Source of the DNA: Selenomonadaceae bacterium
GTDB taxonomy: Bacteria > Bacillota > Negativicutes > Selenomonadales > Selenomonadaceae
NCBI GenBank assembly: GCA_017535925.1
Contig: JAFXTD010000028.1
Span: forward strand, 17,229 to 81,228
Direction of reading: 5' to 3'
Length of the DNA stretch: 64,000 nt
Part shown: piece by piece, positions 38,180 to 47,400 of the stretch
How the letters are laid out: each line of letters begins with the position of its first letter
Position numbering within the stretch: the stretch's first letter is position 1
Program-made: the position numbers and the translations under genes
The notes under the pieces: generated by a model
Databases searched by the model: none
Told to the model about the DNA's origin: nothing
The model's input: the letters and a program-made list of their open reading frames with translations, nothing else

Positions 38180-38947
38180 ATGAATTACAAGCTCTGGGAT
38201 TTTTTCAAAGAGTTGCAGACGAATTACGACTTGGTAGACTTGACTCACCCGCTCGACAACGACAGCCCTTATTGGTCGGGAATTCCCGAAGGCTCCGTTG
38301 AACTTTGCAAGACTTGTTTCGATTGGGGCAACCCGATGCTCGAATGCCTGATTCAAACTTTTAAATTCCCGGGACAATTCGGCACGCATATCGACTTCCC
38401 CGCTCACTTCATCAAGAATGCTCCGCGCAGTGAGGCTTACGGCGTGAGCAACATGATTTATCCTCTTTGCATCATTGACATTTCGGCGAAGGTTGCAGAG
38501 GATATTCACTACGCTGTGACGGCTGACGACATCAAGGCTTACGAAAAAATTTACGGCGCAATTCCCGACGGCGCGTTCGTTGCACTTTACAGCAATTGGG
38601 CTCGGCATTGGCCTGACATGAATAAAATTTCGGGTATCGCCGAAGACGGCAGCGAAAATTTCCCCGGCTGGTCTCTCGACGCGCTCAAATATATTTATGA
38701 AATTCGGAACGCCGCCGCAAACGGTCACGAGACACTTGATACCGATGCTTCCGCAGAGGCGTCTAAGGCAGGCGATTTGGCTTGCGAACGTTATATCCTC
38801 TCGAAAGGCAAACTCCAAGTCGAAGTCATGACGAATCTTGACAAGGTTGCTCCCGCCGGCGCAATTGTCTTTGTCGCTTGGCCGAACATCACAGGCGCAA
38901 CAGGTTTGCCCGCCAGAGTTTTGGCTATCACTCCAAAAAAATCATGA
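38180..38947 (+). CDS. putative-cyclase / kynurenine-formamidase-fold protein (PF04199-like) embedded in the R-M operon
   Basis: GQFGTHIDFPAHF metal-binding motif of the cyclase family. ATG lies 6 nt after the res stop (RBS GGAGGAG), and the stop overlaps the mod start (ATGA). Confidence 0.75.
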   Translation: MNYKLWDFFKELQTNYDLVDLTHPLDNDSPYWSGIPEGSVELCKTCFDWGNPMLECLIQTFKFPGQFGTHIDFPAHFIKNAPRSEAYGVSNMIYPLCIIDISAKVAEDIHYAVTADDIKAYEKIYGAIPDGAFVALYSNWARHWPDMNKISGIAEDGSENFPGWSLDALKYIYEIRNAAANGHETLDTDASAEASKAGDLACERYILSKGKLQVEVMTNLDKVAPAGAIVFVAWPNITGATGLPARVLAITPKKS

Positions 38948-40809
38948 ATAACATTGACAAGCTCGAAAAAATTTTTCCCGAATGCATTACCGAAGCCGAA
39001 GACTCCGAAGGCAATTTGATTCGCGCCGTCGATTTTGTTCGACTTAAACAAATTCTTTCGGATGAACTCCTCGAAGGGCGTGAGGCTTACGAATTTAATT
39101 TCGTCGGGAAGAAACGCGCCGCTCTTGAGGCTCACAAAAAAATTCGGAAGACGCTCCGCCCGCTTATCAATCAAAGCCGCAACTTCGACACGACTCAAAA
39201 TCTTTACATCGAAGGCGACAACCTCCAAGCTTTGAAAATTTTGGCGGAAAGTTATCTCGGCAAAGTCAAAATGATTTACATAGACCCGCCGTATAACGTA
39301 GGGGCGGACGCCATTTATCGCGACGACTTCACACAGGACTCCGATACTTTCGATGAGGAGGCTGCAGTCCGCGACGACGAGGGCAATCGCCTTTTCACCA
39401 ACAAGGAAAGCTGCGGGCGTTTCCATTCCGATTGGTGCGCCATGATTTATTCGAGGCTTTTAATCGCCAAACATTTTCTCTCTGACGACGGCGTCATTTT
39501 TATTTCTATCGACGACCACGAACAGGCGAACCTCAAAAAAATTTGTGACGAGGTCTTCGGCGAAAAAAATTTTGTCGCTTGTATTGCCGTGATAAATAAT
39601 TTCAAAGGACGGAGCGACGATAAATTTATCGCGACGGCTCATGAAAACTTGTTGATTTACCGTAAAGAAAACTTTAAGACAAACGGCGTGCCGATTCCCG
39701 ACGAATATCTTAAAGAATACACTTTGGAAGATGAACACGGCAAATATCGTTTGCAAGGCTTGAGGAAACGCGGCGCAAATTCAAAACGCGAAGACCGCCC
39801 AAACATGTTTTATCCTTTTTTTTATGATGAAGAGAGCGGCAAACTTTCCATTGACGAATTGCCCGCCTCGATAAAAATTTTGCCGTACCTTTCGGATGGC
39901 ACAGACGGTTGCTGGCGTTGGGGCAAAGACACTGCTCGCGAAAAAATTTCGGAGCTGACAGTTCAAAAAGTTAAAAGGCGCGGAGAATATGATGTATTTC
40001 AAAAAGATTATCTTCCAAGTGACGGTGTACGACGCGTTAAACCGAAATCTTTTTGGAGCGGCTCGGAATTTTCTGCAGAAGCAGGAACGTTGACGCTTAA
40101 GGCAATCATGGGCAAAGGAATTTTTTCGACGCCAAAATCATTGGGGCTTGTCAAATACATGTTGCAACAGGCGACGGACAAAGATTCAATCGTTATGGAT
40201 TTTTTCAGCGGCTCTGCGACGACGGCTCATGCAGTCATGGAACTCAACGCGGCGGACGGCGGGCAACGAAAATTTATCATGATACAAATTGCAGAGGCGA
40301 CGCCCAAAAATTCGGAGGCACACCGCGCCGGCTACGAGACCATTTGCGAAATCGGCAAGGAGCGAATACGTCGAGCGGGCGACAAATTAAAAGCCGCGCA
40401 TCCGAATTTGGACACGGGCTTCAGAGTTTTCAAAGTTGCCGATTCAAATTTCAAGCCGTTGCCGAAAGAGTGGACACCCCGGACAATTATGGACTTCGCG
40501 GAAAATATCAAAGCCGACCGCAACGCTTACGATTTATTTTTCGAGGCGTTGCTTGATACGGGCATGACACTTGATAAAAAATTCGCGGAAGAAGAAATCG
40601 ACGGCGTGAAAGTTTTGAGCTTCGACGGCGGAAAAATTTTGGCAAGCTTCGAAAAAAATATTTCGGCTTCGACGTTCAGGAAGTTGGCAAATCGCGGAGC
40701 GGAAAAAATTTTTTTCAGAGATGCCTCGTTTGCAAGTTCGTCTGACAAGATAAACGCTTTGGATTATTTTAAATACTTCGCGCCGGATACAAAAGTTAAA
40801 GTTTTATGA
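38944..40809 (+). CDS. mod: type III DNA methyltransferase, Mod subunit (beta-class N6/N4)
   Basis: Start at MNNIDKLEKIF. LYIEGDNLQALKIL; catalytic IYIDPPYN; later AdoMet motif FFSGSATTAHA. Confidence 0.92.
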   Translation: MNNIDKLEKIFPECITEAEDSEGNLIRAVDFVRLKQILSDELLEGREAYEFNFVGKKRAALEAHKKIRKTLRPLINQSRNFDTTQNLYIEGDNLQALKILAESYLGKVKMIYIDPPYNVGADAIYRDDFTQDSDTFDEEAAVRDDEGNRLFTNKESCGRFHSDWCAMIYSRLLIAKHFLSDDGVIFISIDDHEQANLKKICDEVFGEKNFVACIAVINNFKGRSDDKFIATAHENLLIYRKENFKTNGVPIPDEYLKEYTLEDEHGKYRLQGLRKRGANSKREDRPNMFYPFFYDEESGKLSIDELPASIKILPYLSDGTDGCWRWGKDTAREKISELTVQKVKRRGEYDVFQKDYLPSDGVRRVKPKSFWSGSEFSAEAGTLTLKAIMGKGIFSTPKSLGLVKYMLQQATDKDSIVMDFFSGSATTAHAVMELNAADGGQRKFIMIQIAEATPKNSEAHRAGYETICEIGKERIRRAGDKLKAAHPNLDTGFRVFKVADSNFKPLPKEWTPRTIMDFAENIKADRNAYDLFFEALLDTGMTLDKKFAEEEIDGVKVLSFDGGKILASFEKNISASTFRKLANRGAEKIFFRDASFASSSDKINALDYFKYFAPDTKVKVL

Positions 40810-41914
40810 CGATGCCTCGCTTGCGGAAGAAAAAGGCAAGCGGCAACCAAAGCAAAGCCCACACCGCGCAGAAAAGAGTTGCGCCGAATTCCGTCGAGAT
40901 TAAACCTTGCGTCGTGTGCTGATACAGTTGCAAATAAACGCCGTTATAAATTGTTCCATCGGGAATGATATAAAGCGTCGTCAAGAGCGCGTTGTTCGCC
41001 ACGAAGAAGAACAGCGGATTGATACCGAGTGCGCCGAACGGTAGAGAAAATTTTTTCAGTGGCGTTTCTTCATCGAAGAATTTCTTAAACATCGCAAGCA
41101 AGAGGAAATCGATACCGGCATTTATCAGCGCGTAAGGTGTCGTCCAAAGTTTTTTCGAGATAATGTCGAATTCACTCCAGACGCCTCCCGCGATTAAAAG
41201 AATCCCTGCCGCCTTGCAGAAGAGAAAAATTTTATCGCGTTCGGTCGTCGTGTTGTCGATTAAAATTTTTCCTGCCAAGAAGCCGAACAAAACGGAAGCC
41301 GTGCCCGCCAAACATCCGTAAAGACCTTCGGGGTCGTGCGTCGGTCGGTAAATGTGATTGACGCCGGGGAAAATGTAATCGACGGCTTGACTTATGTTAT
41401 GCGCCTCGTCGAAAGGATTATCGGGTGCGTAGAGGTGATAGCCCGCCGAAGAGACAATCAGCAAGACGACCGCCGCGATTAAAATTCCGCGAAAATCTTT
41501 TACGGCTCGTGCGATAAAAATTCCAAGCGCGTAAGTCACGGCGAGCCTCTGAATTATCCCGAAGAGCCGCCCGTGAATAATTGCCTCGTCAAAAAAATTT
41601 ACAGCCGTGAAGTCGTCGGCGAATATCCAAAGGAATAAGAAAGGTTGCATCTCCAAGAGGACACCGATCATAAACATGAACGCCGTCCGCTTGAGGATTT
41701 TTTTTGTCGGGAAGTCGCGCTTGGACATGGAAACAGCCGCGCCCGCTCCCATTGCGAACGCGAACATCGGCAACGCCACGTCGGGTATCGTCAAGCCTGC
41801 CCATTGCGGGTGTTCGAGTATCGAATAAATTTTGTCGGGCGGTCCGTCGAGGAAAAGCATTATCGATATTGCCACGCCGCGCAGCACGTCCAGCGAATAA
41901 ATTCTTTTCGTCAT
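40796..41914 (-). CDS. integral membrane acyltransferase-like protein (DUF1624/DUF5009, HGSNAT-like)
   Basis: Start at MTKRIYSLDVLRGVAI (behind GGAGG). About 10 TM helices. The 3' end overlaps the mod 3' end by 14 nt, convergently. Confidence 0.75.
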   Translation of the reverse strand: MTKRIYSLDVLRGVAISIMLFLDGPPDKIYSILEHPQWAGLTIPDVALPMFAFAMGAGAAVSMSKRDFPTKKILKRTAFMFMIGVLLEMQPFLFLWIFADDFTAVNFFDEAIIHGRLFGIIQRLAVTYALGIFIARAVKDFRGILIAAVVLLIVSSAGYHLYAPDNPFDEAHNISQAVDYIFPGVNHIYRPTHDPEGLYGCLAGTASVLFGFLAGKILIDNTTTERDKIFLFCKAAGILLIAGGVWSEFDIISKKLWTTPYALINAGIDFLLLAMFKKFFDEETPLKKFSLPFGALGINPLFFFVANNALLTTLYIIPDGTIYNGVYLQLYQHTTQGLISTEFGATLFCAVWALLWLPLAFFFRKRGIVIKL

Positions 41915-42094
41915 GAAGTTTCCTCCGAAAATTTTTTGCTCGGCAAATTTTATCACAGTGTGAAAAAAAAATCTGCCCTCCGATTTTCCGTTGTAAAATC
42001 ATTCGCCGCGAAATTGACAAAAAATAAAAAATAGCTATAATGAACTTCAACGAAAAAAATTTCAACGCTGTTGTTATTCAAGGAGGCGATTCGC

Positions 42095-42388
42095 ATGAAA
42101 AAGTTTTTGGCAGTTTTGACGGTGTTGCTTTTCACGTTCACGGCCGTTACTGCTTTGGCGGCCATTCAATGGAGAACTTGCACTAAATGTCACGGCACGG
42201 GCAAATGCCAAAAATGCGGCGGAACTGCCTACGTTACGGTTTGGAGATTTGTTAAAGAGCGCGACAAAGACGGAAAAAAACATATGGTAAAAGTCAGAAG
42301 GCGCGAAAGTTGTCCCGAATGCCAATTTAAAGGACGTGGAAAGTGTTCAAATTGTAAAGGCACAGGGCGCGTCGAAGTTCGGATATAA
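42095..42388 (+). CDS. small secreted protein with two DnaJ-type CxxCxGxG zinc-finger-like motifs
   Basis: ATG 8 nt after AAGGAGG. Signal peptide; CTKCHGTGKCQKCGG and CPECQFKGRGKCSNCKGTG. Confidence 0.7.
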   Translation: MKKFLAVLTVLLFTFTAVTALAAIQWRTCTKCHGTGKCQKCGGTAYVTVWRFVKERDKDGKKHMVKVRRRESCPECQFKGRGKCSNCKGTGRVEVRI

Positions 42389-42475
42389 AAATTCAAAAGA
42401 GACGATTCGCATGAAAAAAACTTTTGCGGCACTGTTCCAACACACCCTAATTAACAGAAACCGATAACAAAAAAT

Positions 42476-42507
42476 CCCGTCGTTCGGATTGAGCGGCGGG
42501 TTTTTTT
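42476..42507 (+). terminator. rho-independent terminator
   Basis: CCCGTCG...CGGCGGG stem followed by T7. Confidence 0.6.
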
Positions 42508-42584
42508 AGTGGTTAGCTGTTAGTGGTTAGCTGTTAGAAAAATATTTTCCCTAACCGCTAGCCACTAATCACTAACCACTAATC
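42507..42584. repeat. tandem heptanucleotide repeat hairpin
   Basis: TAGTGGT TAGCTGT TAGTGGT TAGCTGT - loop - CTAACCG CTAGCCA CTAATCA CTAACCA CTAATC. The last unit contains the efp stop codon. Confidence 0.8.
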
Positions 42585-43140
42585 AAGCGCGTTCGATGTA
42601 AGAGCCGGTGCGTGTGTCGATTCTCAAAACGTCGCCTTCATTTATAAAGAGCGGAACACGAACGACGTAGCCCGTTTCAAGCGTGGCGTTTTTGGTCGCG
42701 CCGGTAGCAGTGTTGCCTTTGACGGCAGGTTCGCATTCGGTGACTTTGAGTTCGACGCTGTTGGGCAAGTTCACGCCGATAATGCGCCCCTTGAACGTCT
42801 GCAGATTGACTTCCATATTTTCCATGAGGTAGTTGAGTGCACTGCCGAGTTGTTCTTTGTTGAGTTCAATCTGTTCGTAAGTCTCAACGTCCATGAAAGT
42901 GTATTGCCCGTCTGATTCGTAGAGGAATTGCATTTTTGCGGTATCAAGACGAGCGGGCGGCATCTTTTCATTCGGGTTGAAAGTTCTTTCGACGACCGCG
43001 CCCGTCTCAACGTTTTTAATTTTCGTGCGGACAAACGCCGCGCCTTTGCCGGGCTTGACGTGTTGGAACTCGACGACTTGCCAAGCCATGCCGTCAATCT
43101 CAATCGTTAATCCCGTTCTGAAATCGGTACTTGAAATCAT
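42583..43140 (-). CDS. efp: translation elongation factor P
   Basis: 185 aa; [17 protein letters not shown]...[13 protein letters not shown]. Confidence 0.96.
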   Translation of the reverse strand: MISSTDFRTGLTIEIDGMAWQVVEFQHVKPGKGAAFVRTKIKNVETGAVVERTFNPNEKMPPARLDTAKMQFLYESDGQYTFMDVETYEQIELNKEQLGSALNYLMENMEVNLQTFKGRIIGVNLPNSVELKVTECEPAVKGNTATGATKNATLETGYVVRVPLFINEGDVLRIDTRTGSYIERA

Positions 43141-43225
43141 TTTATCATCCTCCCAAAAATTTTAGCAGTGTTGAAAATTTTATCGCATTGCCGAATCTCT
43201 TTCAAGCAAAAAAATTTGCGGGCTG

Positions 43226-43672
43226 TCACCAATGATACGGTTCGTGCCGATTGATTTTGAACGCCCGATAAATTTGTTCAAGCAGAATCAATCGCGTCAT
43301 TTGATGAGTGAAAGTCATTTCCGACAAAGATAATCGGAAGGACGCTGCCCGCCGAAGTTCCTCGCTCAAGCCGAACGCCCCTCCGATTGCAAATGTCAAG
43401 TTACTCACTCCGCTCAAATTCAGCACGGAAATTTTTTTTGCGAAGTCTTCCGAAGACAAAGCCTCGCCCGAAACGTCAAGCACGCAGAGCCAAGAATCTT
43501 TCGGGACAAGTGCCAAAAGTTTTTGTCCTTCCTCCTCGACGGTGCGGCATTCGGAAATTTCGCGGACTTCAATCGTTAAAAATTTTTTTAAGCGTTTAAG
43601 ATATTCCGCGACGCCTTCGACCAAAAATTTTTCTTTGAGCTTGCCGACGACAATCAAATTTATTCTAACCAC
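43226..43672 (-). CDS. rlmH: 23S rRNA (pseudouridine1915-N3)-methyltransferase RlmH
   Basis: SPOUT fold; IVVGKLKEKF...FAIGGAFG...THQMTRLILLEQIYRAF. The GTG start lies inside a heptamer unit. Confidence 0.9.
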   Translation of the reverse strand: MVRINLIVVGKLKEKFLVEGVAEYLKRLKKFLTIEVREISECRTVEEEGQKLLALVPKDSWLCVLDVSGEALSSEDFAKKISVLNLSGVSNLTFAIGGAFGLSEELRRAASFRLSLSEMTFTHQMTRLILLEQIYRAFKINRHEPYHW

Positions 43673-43723
43673 TAATCACTAACCACTAATCACTAACAGC
43701 TAACAGCTAACAGCTAATCACTG
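43665..43723. repeat. one-armed heptamer array filling the htrA-rlmH spacer
   Basis: CTAACCA CTAATCA CTAACCA CTAATCA CTAACAG x3 CTAATCA. No complementary arm. Confidence 0.85.
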
Positions 43724-44875
43724 ATTCGACGGTTGAGGCATTTCTTCCAAAGTGACTTCGACAGTCTCTTGCTTGCCTTCTCTGTCACAAAGAACAGTGA
43801 CTTTATCGCCGACCTTGTGCGCCGCGACCTCGTTACGAACGTCAGTAACCGAATTGACTTCCTTGCCGTCGATGCTCAAGATAATGTCACCGCGTTGGAA
43901 GCCTGCGCGACCGGCGGGCGAATCGATTGCAACTTGGAAAACATAAACGCCCTTGTCAATCGACAGCTGATAACCGTAGCGAGCGGCAGTGGGCGGGTCA
44001 AAAATCGTGACGCCGAGATAAGGACGCGCAACGTAGCCTTTATCCATGAGCTCCTTAATAATCGTCTTGACGGTGTTAATCGGAATGGCAAAGCCCATGC
44101 CTTCGACGCCGTTTGTTGCAAGCTTCGCGCTGTTGATTCCGATAACTTCACCGTCAGCGTTGACGAGTGCGCCGCCCGAATTGCCGGGACTTATCGCCGC
44201 GTCTGTCTGAAGAAGTTTAACGCGCCTGTCGTTGAGGTCAAGTGTCCTGTTCAATGCACTGATAACACCGACCGTCACGGAGCCTTGAAATTCCAAGCCC
44301 ATAGGGTTGCCGATAGCGATTGCAGGTTCACCGACAACGACTTCATCCGAATCGCCCAGTTCGGCGACGGGCAAGTCTTTGGCGTCGACTTTCACAACCG
44401 CAATATCTGTCATTTCGTCCGTGCCAATCAAAGTGCCGTTAATCGTGTTGCCGTCAGAGAGCGAAACGATAATTTCCTTTGCGCCGGCGATAACGTGATT
44501 GTTCGTGATAATGTAGCCGTCGCTCTTGAAGATAACGCCGCTGCCCACGCCCGAAGTCTCAAACGTCCTGTCGAAGAAGTCGCGGGCGATAGCTTTATTG
44601 GTTATGCCGACGACTGCAGGGCCGACAGTCCGAGCCACGCGCACGGCGGGAGTATTTCTCGCGTCGGAAATTTTTGCATTGCTTTCGGGCTGATTGACGG
44701 TTTTGGGAGCCGCCTCCGTGTGTGCAGTTTGAGTTACCGATGCCGATTTCTCGACTGCCGCTTTGTCACCCTCGTCGGAACTTTCCATTCCCGTCAAGCC
44801 GCTGCAACCGCTCAACGTCAACGCCGCTGCCACTGCCGCCGCACAAATTATCTTGGTAAATTTTTTCGACCTCAT
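43718..44875 (-). CDS. htrA: HtrA/DegP-family serine protease with PDZ domain
   Basis: Lipoprotein-like signal (LSGCSG); TNNHV, GNSGGALVN catalytic motifs; C-terminal PDZ. Confidence 0.92.
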   Translation of the reverse strand: MRSKKFTKIICAAAVAAALTLSGCSGLTGMESSDEGDKAAVEKSASVTQTAHTEAAPKTVNQPESNAKISDARNTPAVRVARTVGPAVVGITNKAIARDFFDRTFETSGVGSGVIFKSDGYIITNNHVIAGAKEIIVSLSDGNTINGTLIGTDEMTDIAVVKVDAKDLPVAELGDSDEVVVGEPAIAIGNPMGLEFQGSVTVGVISALNRTLDLNDRRVKLLQTDAAISPGNSGGALVNADGEVIGINSAKLATNGVEGMGFAIPINTVKTIIKELMDKGYVARPYLGVTIFDPPTAARYGYQLSIDKGVYVFQVAIDSPAGRAGFQRGDIILSIDGKEVNSVTDVRNEVAAHKVGDKVTVLCDREGKQETVEVTLEEMPQPSNQ

Positions 44876-44952
44876 GCTTAAAGCACCTCCGTTGTCATTG
44901 TAATTTTTGCGCCGCCGATTGTCAATTCAAGTTTCGATTAGAAAAATTTTCC

Positions 44953-44981
44953 TTGAAAAATTTTCCCGCGTCGATTATAAT
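44953..44981 (+). promoter_or_regulatory. strong sigma70-type promoter with no nearby ORF
   Basis: TTGAAA (44953-44958), 17-nt spacer, TATAAT (44976-44981). Confidence 0.5.
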
Positions 44982-45129
44982 TTTTTTGCAAACAAAAATA
45001 CCTCGCGAAACTTTCTTGCGAGGTTTGAAAATGCTTGAAGGCGGTTCAGCCCCTCGTGTATGAGAAAATTACTACAAAGGTACTACGTTCAGTCGCTTAG
45101 CCGAGTCAGGGCTTAGGCGGCTGTTTTGC

Positions 45130-45288
45130 TTAGGTCGTGTTGATGAATCTAAAAGCAACGGTGAGTGAAAGCCCGGCCGTCACGGACGACGGCCGCCGGC
45201 GTTAAAAACATGGATGTTTTTATAGCCGGACTAACGCCCTTTTCTTTTGCTACTTTTCTTTTGGGCGCAACAAAAGAAAAGTAGAAAG
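45130..45288 (+). repeat. multi-hairpin MITE-like element, copy with degenerate left TIR and truncated right end
   Basis: TTAGGTCGTGTTGATGAATCT (compare TTAGGGGCTGTTGGTAAATTC), GGCCGTCACGGACGACGGCC, AAAAACATGGATGTTTTT, CTACTTTTCTTTTGGGCGCAACAAAAGAAAAGTAG. Confidence 0.7.
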
Positions 45289-45375
45289 AATTTTTCTTCT
45301 TGAGTGCGCGGGAAAATGTGTTATAATAAATCAGCTTTAAGCAACGGAATGGATTTTGTTAGGGAGGGACACATC

Positions 45376-46152
45376 ATGGCGAACACGATTAATCCAAATT
45401 TTTTCAGAGCTTATCAAACGGCGGGACAATTCAGCAAACCGACGACCTCTTCCGCCAAGACAAACAAGATTGAATCCGAGAAAAATCTTTTGGAAAGTTT
45501 CGGAGCAAATGCCAACGTCGAATTCAGCGAAGCCGGCTTGAGTGCCATGAAGTTGCAAAGCGATAACGTCGACGAAGAGGCAGGCGGTGCCGTCAAGTCC
45601 GACGAGCAGAAACTTTCACCCAAAGCGCAGAGCTATCTTGAAAACCTTCGCAAGAAATACGGCGATTATAATTTCGTCGTCTCAAATGACATGGACACTT
45701 CCAAGACGCTCGGCAGCGACAAAGAGTATTCGGTCATGTTCACGACGGAAGAGCTTGAAAAGATGGCGGAAGACGACGAATACGCCGAAAAAGTCATGGG
45801 GCAAGTCGGAAATGCCGTCGACATGCTCAAAAATATTTTGGAAAAAGATTTGGGCGAAGGCGTTCAATTCTCTCAACTGGGCGTCTCAATCGACAGCGAA
45901 GGCAACATGACTCTCTTTGCGCAACTTGAAAAACTTTCCGCCGAACAAAAAGAACGTTTCGAGGCAGCCAAAGAGAAACGCGCCGAAGAACAAAAGAATA
46001 CCGACAAGAGCCTCGACGACATGCCGCCCGAAGAAAGCACGAGTATTCTTTTCAAGAGTGCGGACGTTGAGGCGTCAACCGAAGAAGAATTGTTCGCCAA
46101 GATTTTCGGTATCAACTGGGATGACATTCCCGAAGAGGAAGCTCTCATCTGA
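45376..46152 (+). CDS. hypothetical acidic protein
   Basis: Start at MANTINPNFF (behind GGGAGGG). Glu/Asp/Lys-rich; no family recognised. Confidence 0.55.
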   Translation: MANTINPNFFRAYQTAGQFSKPTTSSAKTNKIESEKNLLESFGANANVEFSEAGLSAMKLQSDNVDEEAGGAVKSDEQKLSPKAQSYLENLRKKYGDYNFVVSNDMDTSKTLGSDKEYSVMFTTEELEKMAEDDEYAEKVMGQVGNAVDMLKNILEKDLGEGVQFSQLGVSIDSEGNMTLFAQLEKLSAEQKERFEAAKEKRAEEQKNTDKSLDDMPPEESTSILFKSADVEASTEEELFAKIFGINWDDIPEEEALI

Positions 46153-46240
46153 AACACTTTGAATCAAAAAAAATCCCCGCTTCATTTACGAGGCGGGGAT
46201 AATTTTTTTCGGGGTTACGGTAAAAGGTTCAGAGAATTTA

Positions 46241-47374
46241 TCAGAGGTTGTTCTTGATAAGCGCAAAGAGTTTGGAATAGGACGTGACGCCCGTGAAGTG
46301 AGTTATCGCGGCGTCAATGCCGTTCGCCTTGATGAAGTCTTGAACTTCGACGGCTTCCTTGTCCTCGACGTAATCAAACTTGAGAGCGGCGGCGATAACC
46401 TTAGCCAAAGCAACGGGAGTTTTGCCGCGTTCAATCAGTTGCATTGCCGGACTTACCAGACGATCTCCGGCGGAAAGTTTTCTCTTCGGGCCGCGAGCCA
46501 CACGAGTAACTTCATCGCTGATTTCGGGATTCTTGAAACGCGTTTCCGTCGTCATGACGTATTTTTGATGAACGGCGGGATCGAAATTGTATTTGTCAAT
46601 CAACAGCGCGGAAGTTTCAGCCCACACTGCACGAGCCGCCGCAACAATATCCTCGTCGCGCATGGCGGAGCTTATATCGGGCAAGCCTTTTTGATAGGCG
46701 AGGTAAGCAATCGAGGCGTGTCCCGTGTTGACCGTGAAAAGTTTGCGTTCAATGTATGCGCCGAGGTTGTCGACGAGCGTCATGCCTTTAATCGCAGGCA
46801 GTTCACCGACGACGCCTTTGGAATCAACGTCCCATTCGGCGTAGGGCTCGACCTTGACCAAAAGTTTTTCGTAATTCTTCTGGAGCGGGACAATTCTGTC
46901 GACAGCGGCGTCGGGGAAGCCGATAAGCTTTTGGACTTCGGGCTTAACGTCGTCCGCAAGATTTTCATAGACGAAATTTTTCAGCACGGTCGAGCCGCCG
47001 ACCATGTTTTCGCAAGCGATGATATTGAGCGGCGTCTTGTTCGTCGCAACGCGTTTGGTTAACCCTTTGGCGATATTCGGCGCGATGAATTTTAAAATGT
47101 TCGGACCGATAGCCGTCGTGATGATGTCCGCCTCAACAATCGCGTCGAGGAGCGCGTCAAGGTTTTCGTTGCTGTTAATCGCGCTGACGTTTTCGACAAG
47201 AGTTTTTTCAGCCTCGCCGAAGATTTGAACGTTGTACTTGCCCAGTTCGTTAATGTCATTGACGAGCGGGGCGGCAACGTCAACAAAGCTCACGTGATAG
47301 CTCGCTTGACTTAAAAGCAAACCGATAAAGCCGCGCCCGATATTGCCTGCGCCGAAGTGTACAGCCTTTTTCAT
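46241..47374 (-). CDS. mtlD: mannitol-1-phosphate 5-dehydrogenase
   Basis: Start at MKKAVHFGAGNIGRGFIG (behind AGGAGG). Full-length MtlD-like. Confidence 0.93.
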   Translation of the reverse strand: MKKAVHFGAGNIGRGFIGLLLSQASYHVSFVDVAAPLVNDINELGKYNVQIFGEAEKTLVENVSAINSNENLDALLDAIVEADIITTAIGPNILKFIAPNIAKGLTKRVATNKTPLNIIACENMVGGSTVLKNFVYENLADDVKPEVQKLIGFPDAAVDRIVPLQKNYEKLLVKVEPYAEWDVDSKGVVGELPAIKGMTLVDNLGAYIERKLFTVNTGHASIAYLAYQKGLPDISSAMRDEDIVAAARAVWAETSALLIDKYNFDPAVHQKYVMTTETRFKNPEISDEVTRVARGPKRKLSAGDRLVSPAMQLIERGKTPVALAKVIAAALKFDYVEDKEAVEVQDFIKANGIDAAITHFTGVTSYSKLFALIKNNL

Positions 47375-47400
47375 GTCGTTACCTCCTGTTGTCAGGTTAT

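Noticed and set aside
38878-38943. Upstream start (38878) for the mod ORF given in the ORF track.
   Set aside because: The 22 extra codons overlap the cyclase-fold gene and encode non-homologous basic residues. MNNIDKLEK at 38944 matches Mod N-termini and gives the ATGA coupling.
33186-41914. Genomic island or prophage interpretation of the R-M region.
   Set aside because: There is no integrase, transposase, phage gene or direct-repeat boundary, only a MITE copy at one side. It is accessory-looking, but island status cannot be supported from this window alone.
45040-45130. GAGUCAGGGCUUAGGCGGCUG segment considered as SRP (4.5S) or 6S RNA.
   Set aside because: It lacks the conserved SRP domain IV motif (GGAAG...AGCAGC with a GNRA loop) and any recognisable 6S architecture. 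Part of it looks like a duplicated degenerate MITE end.
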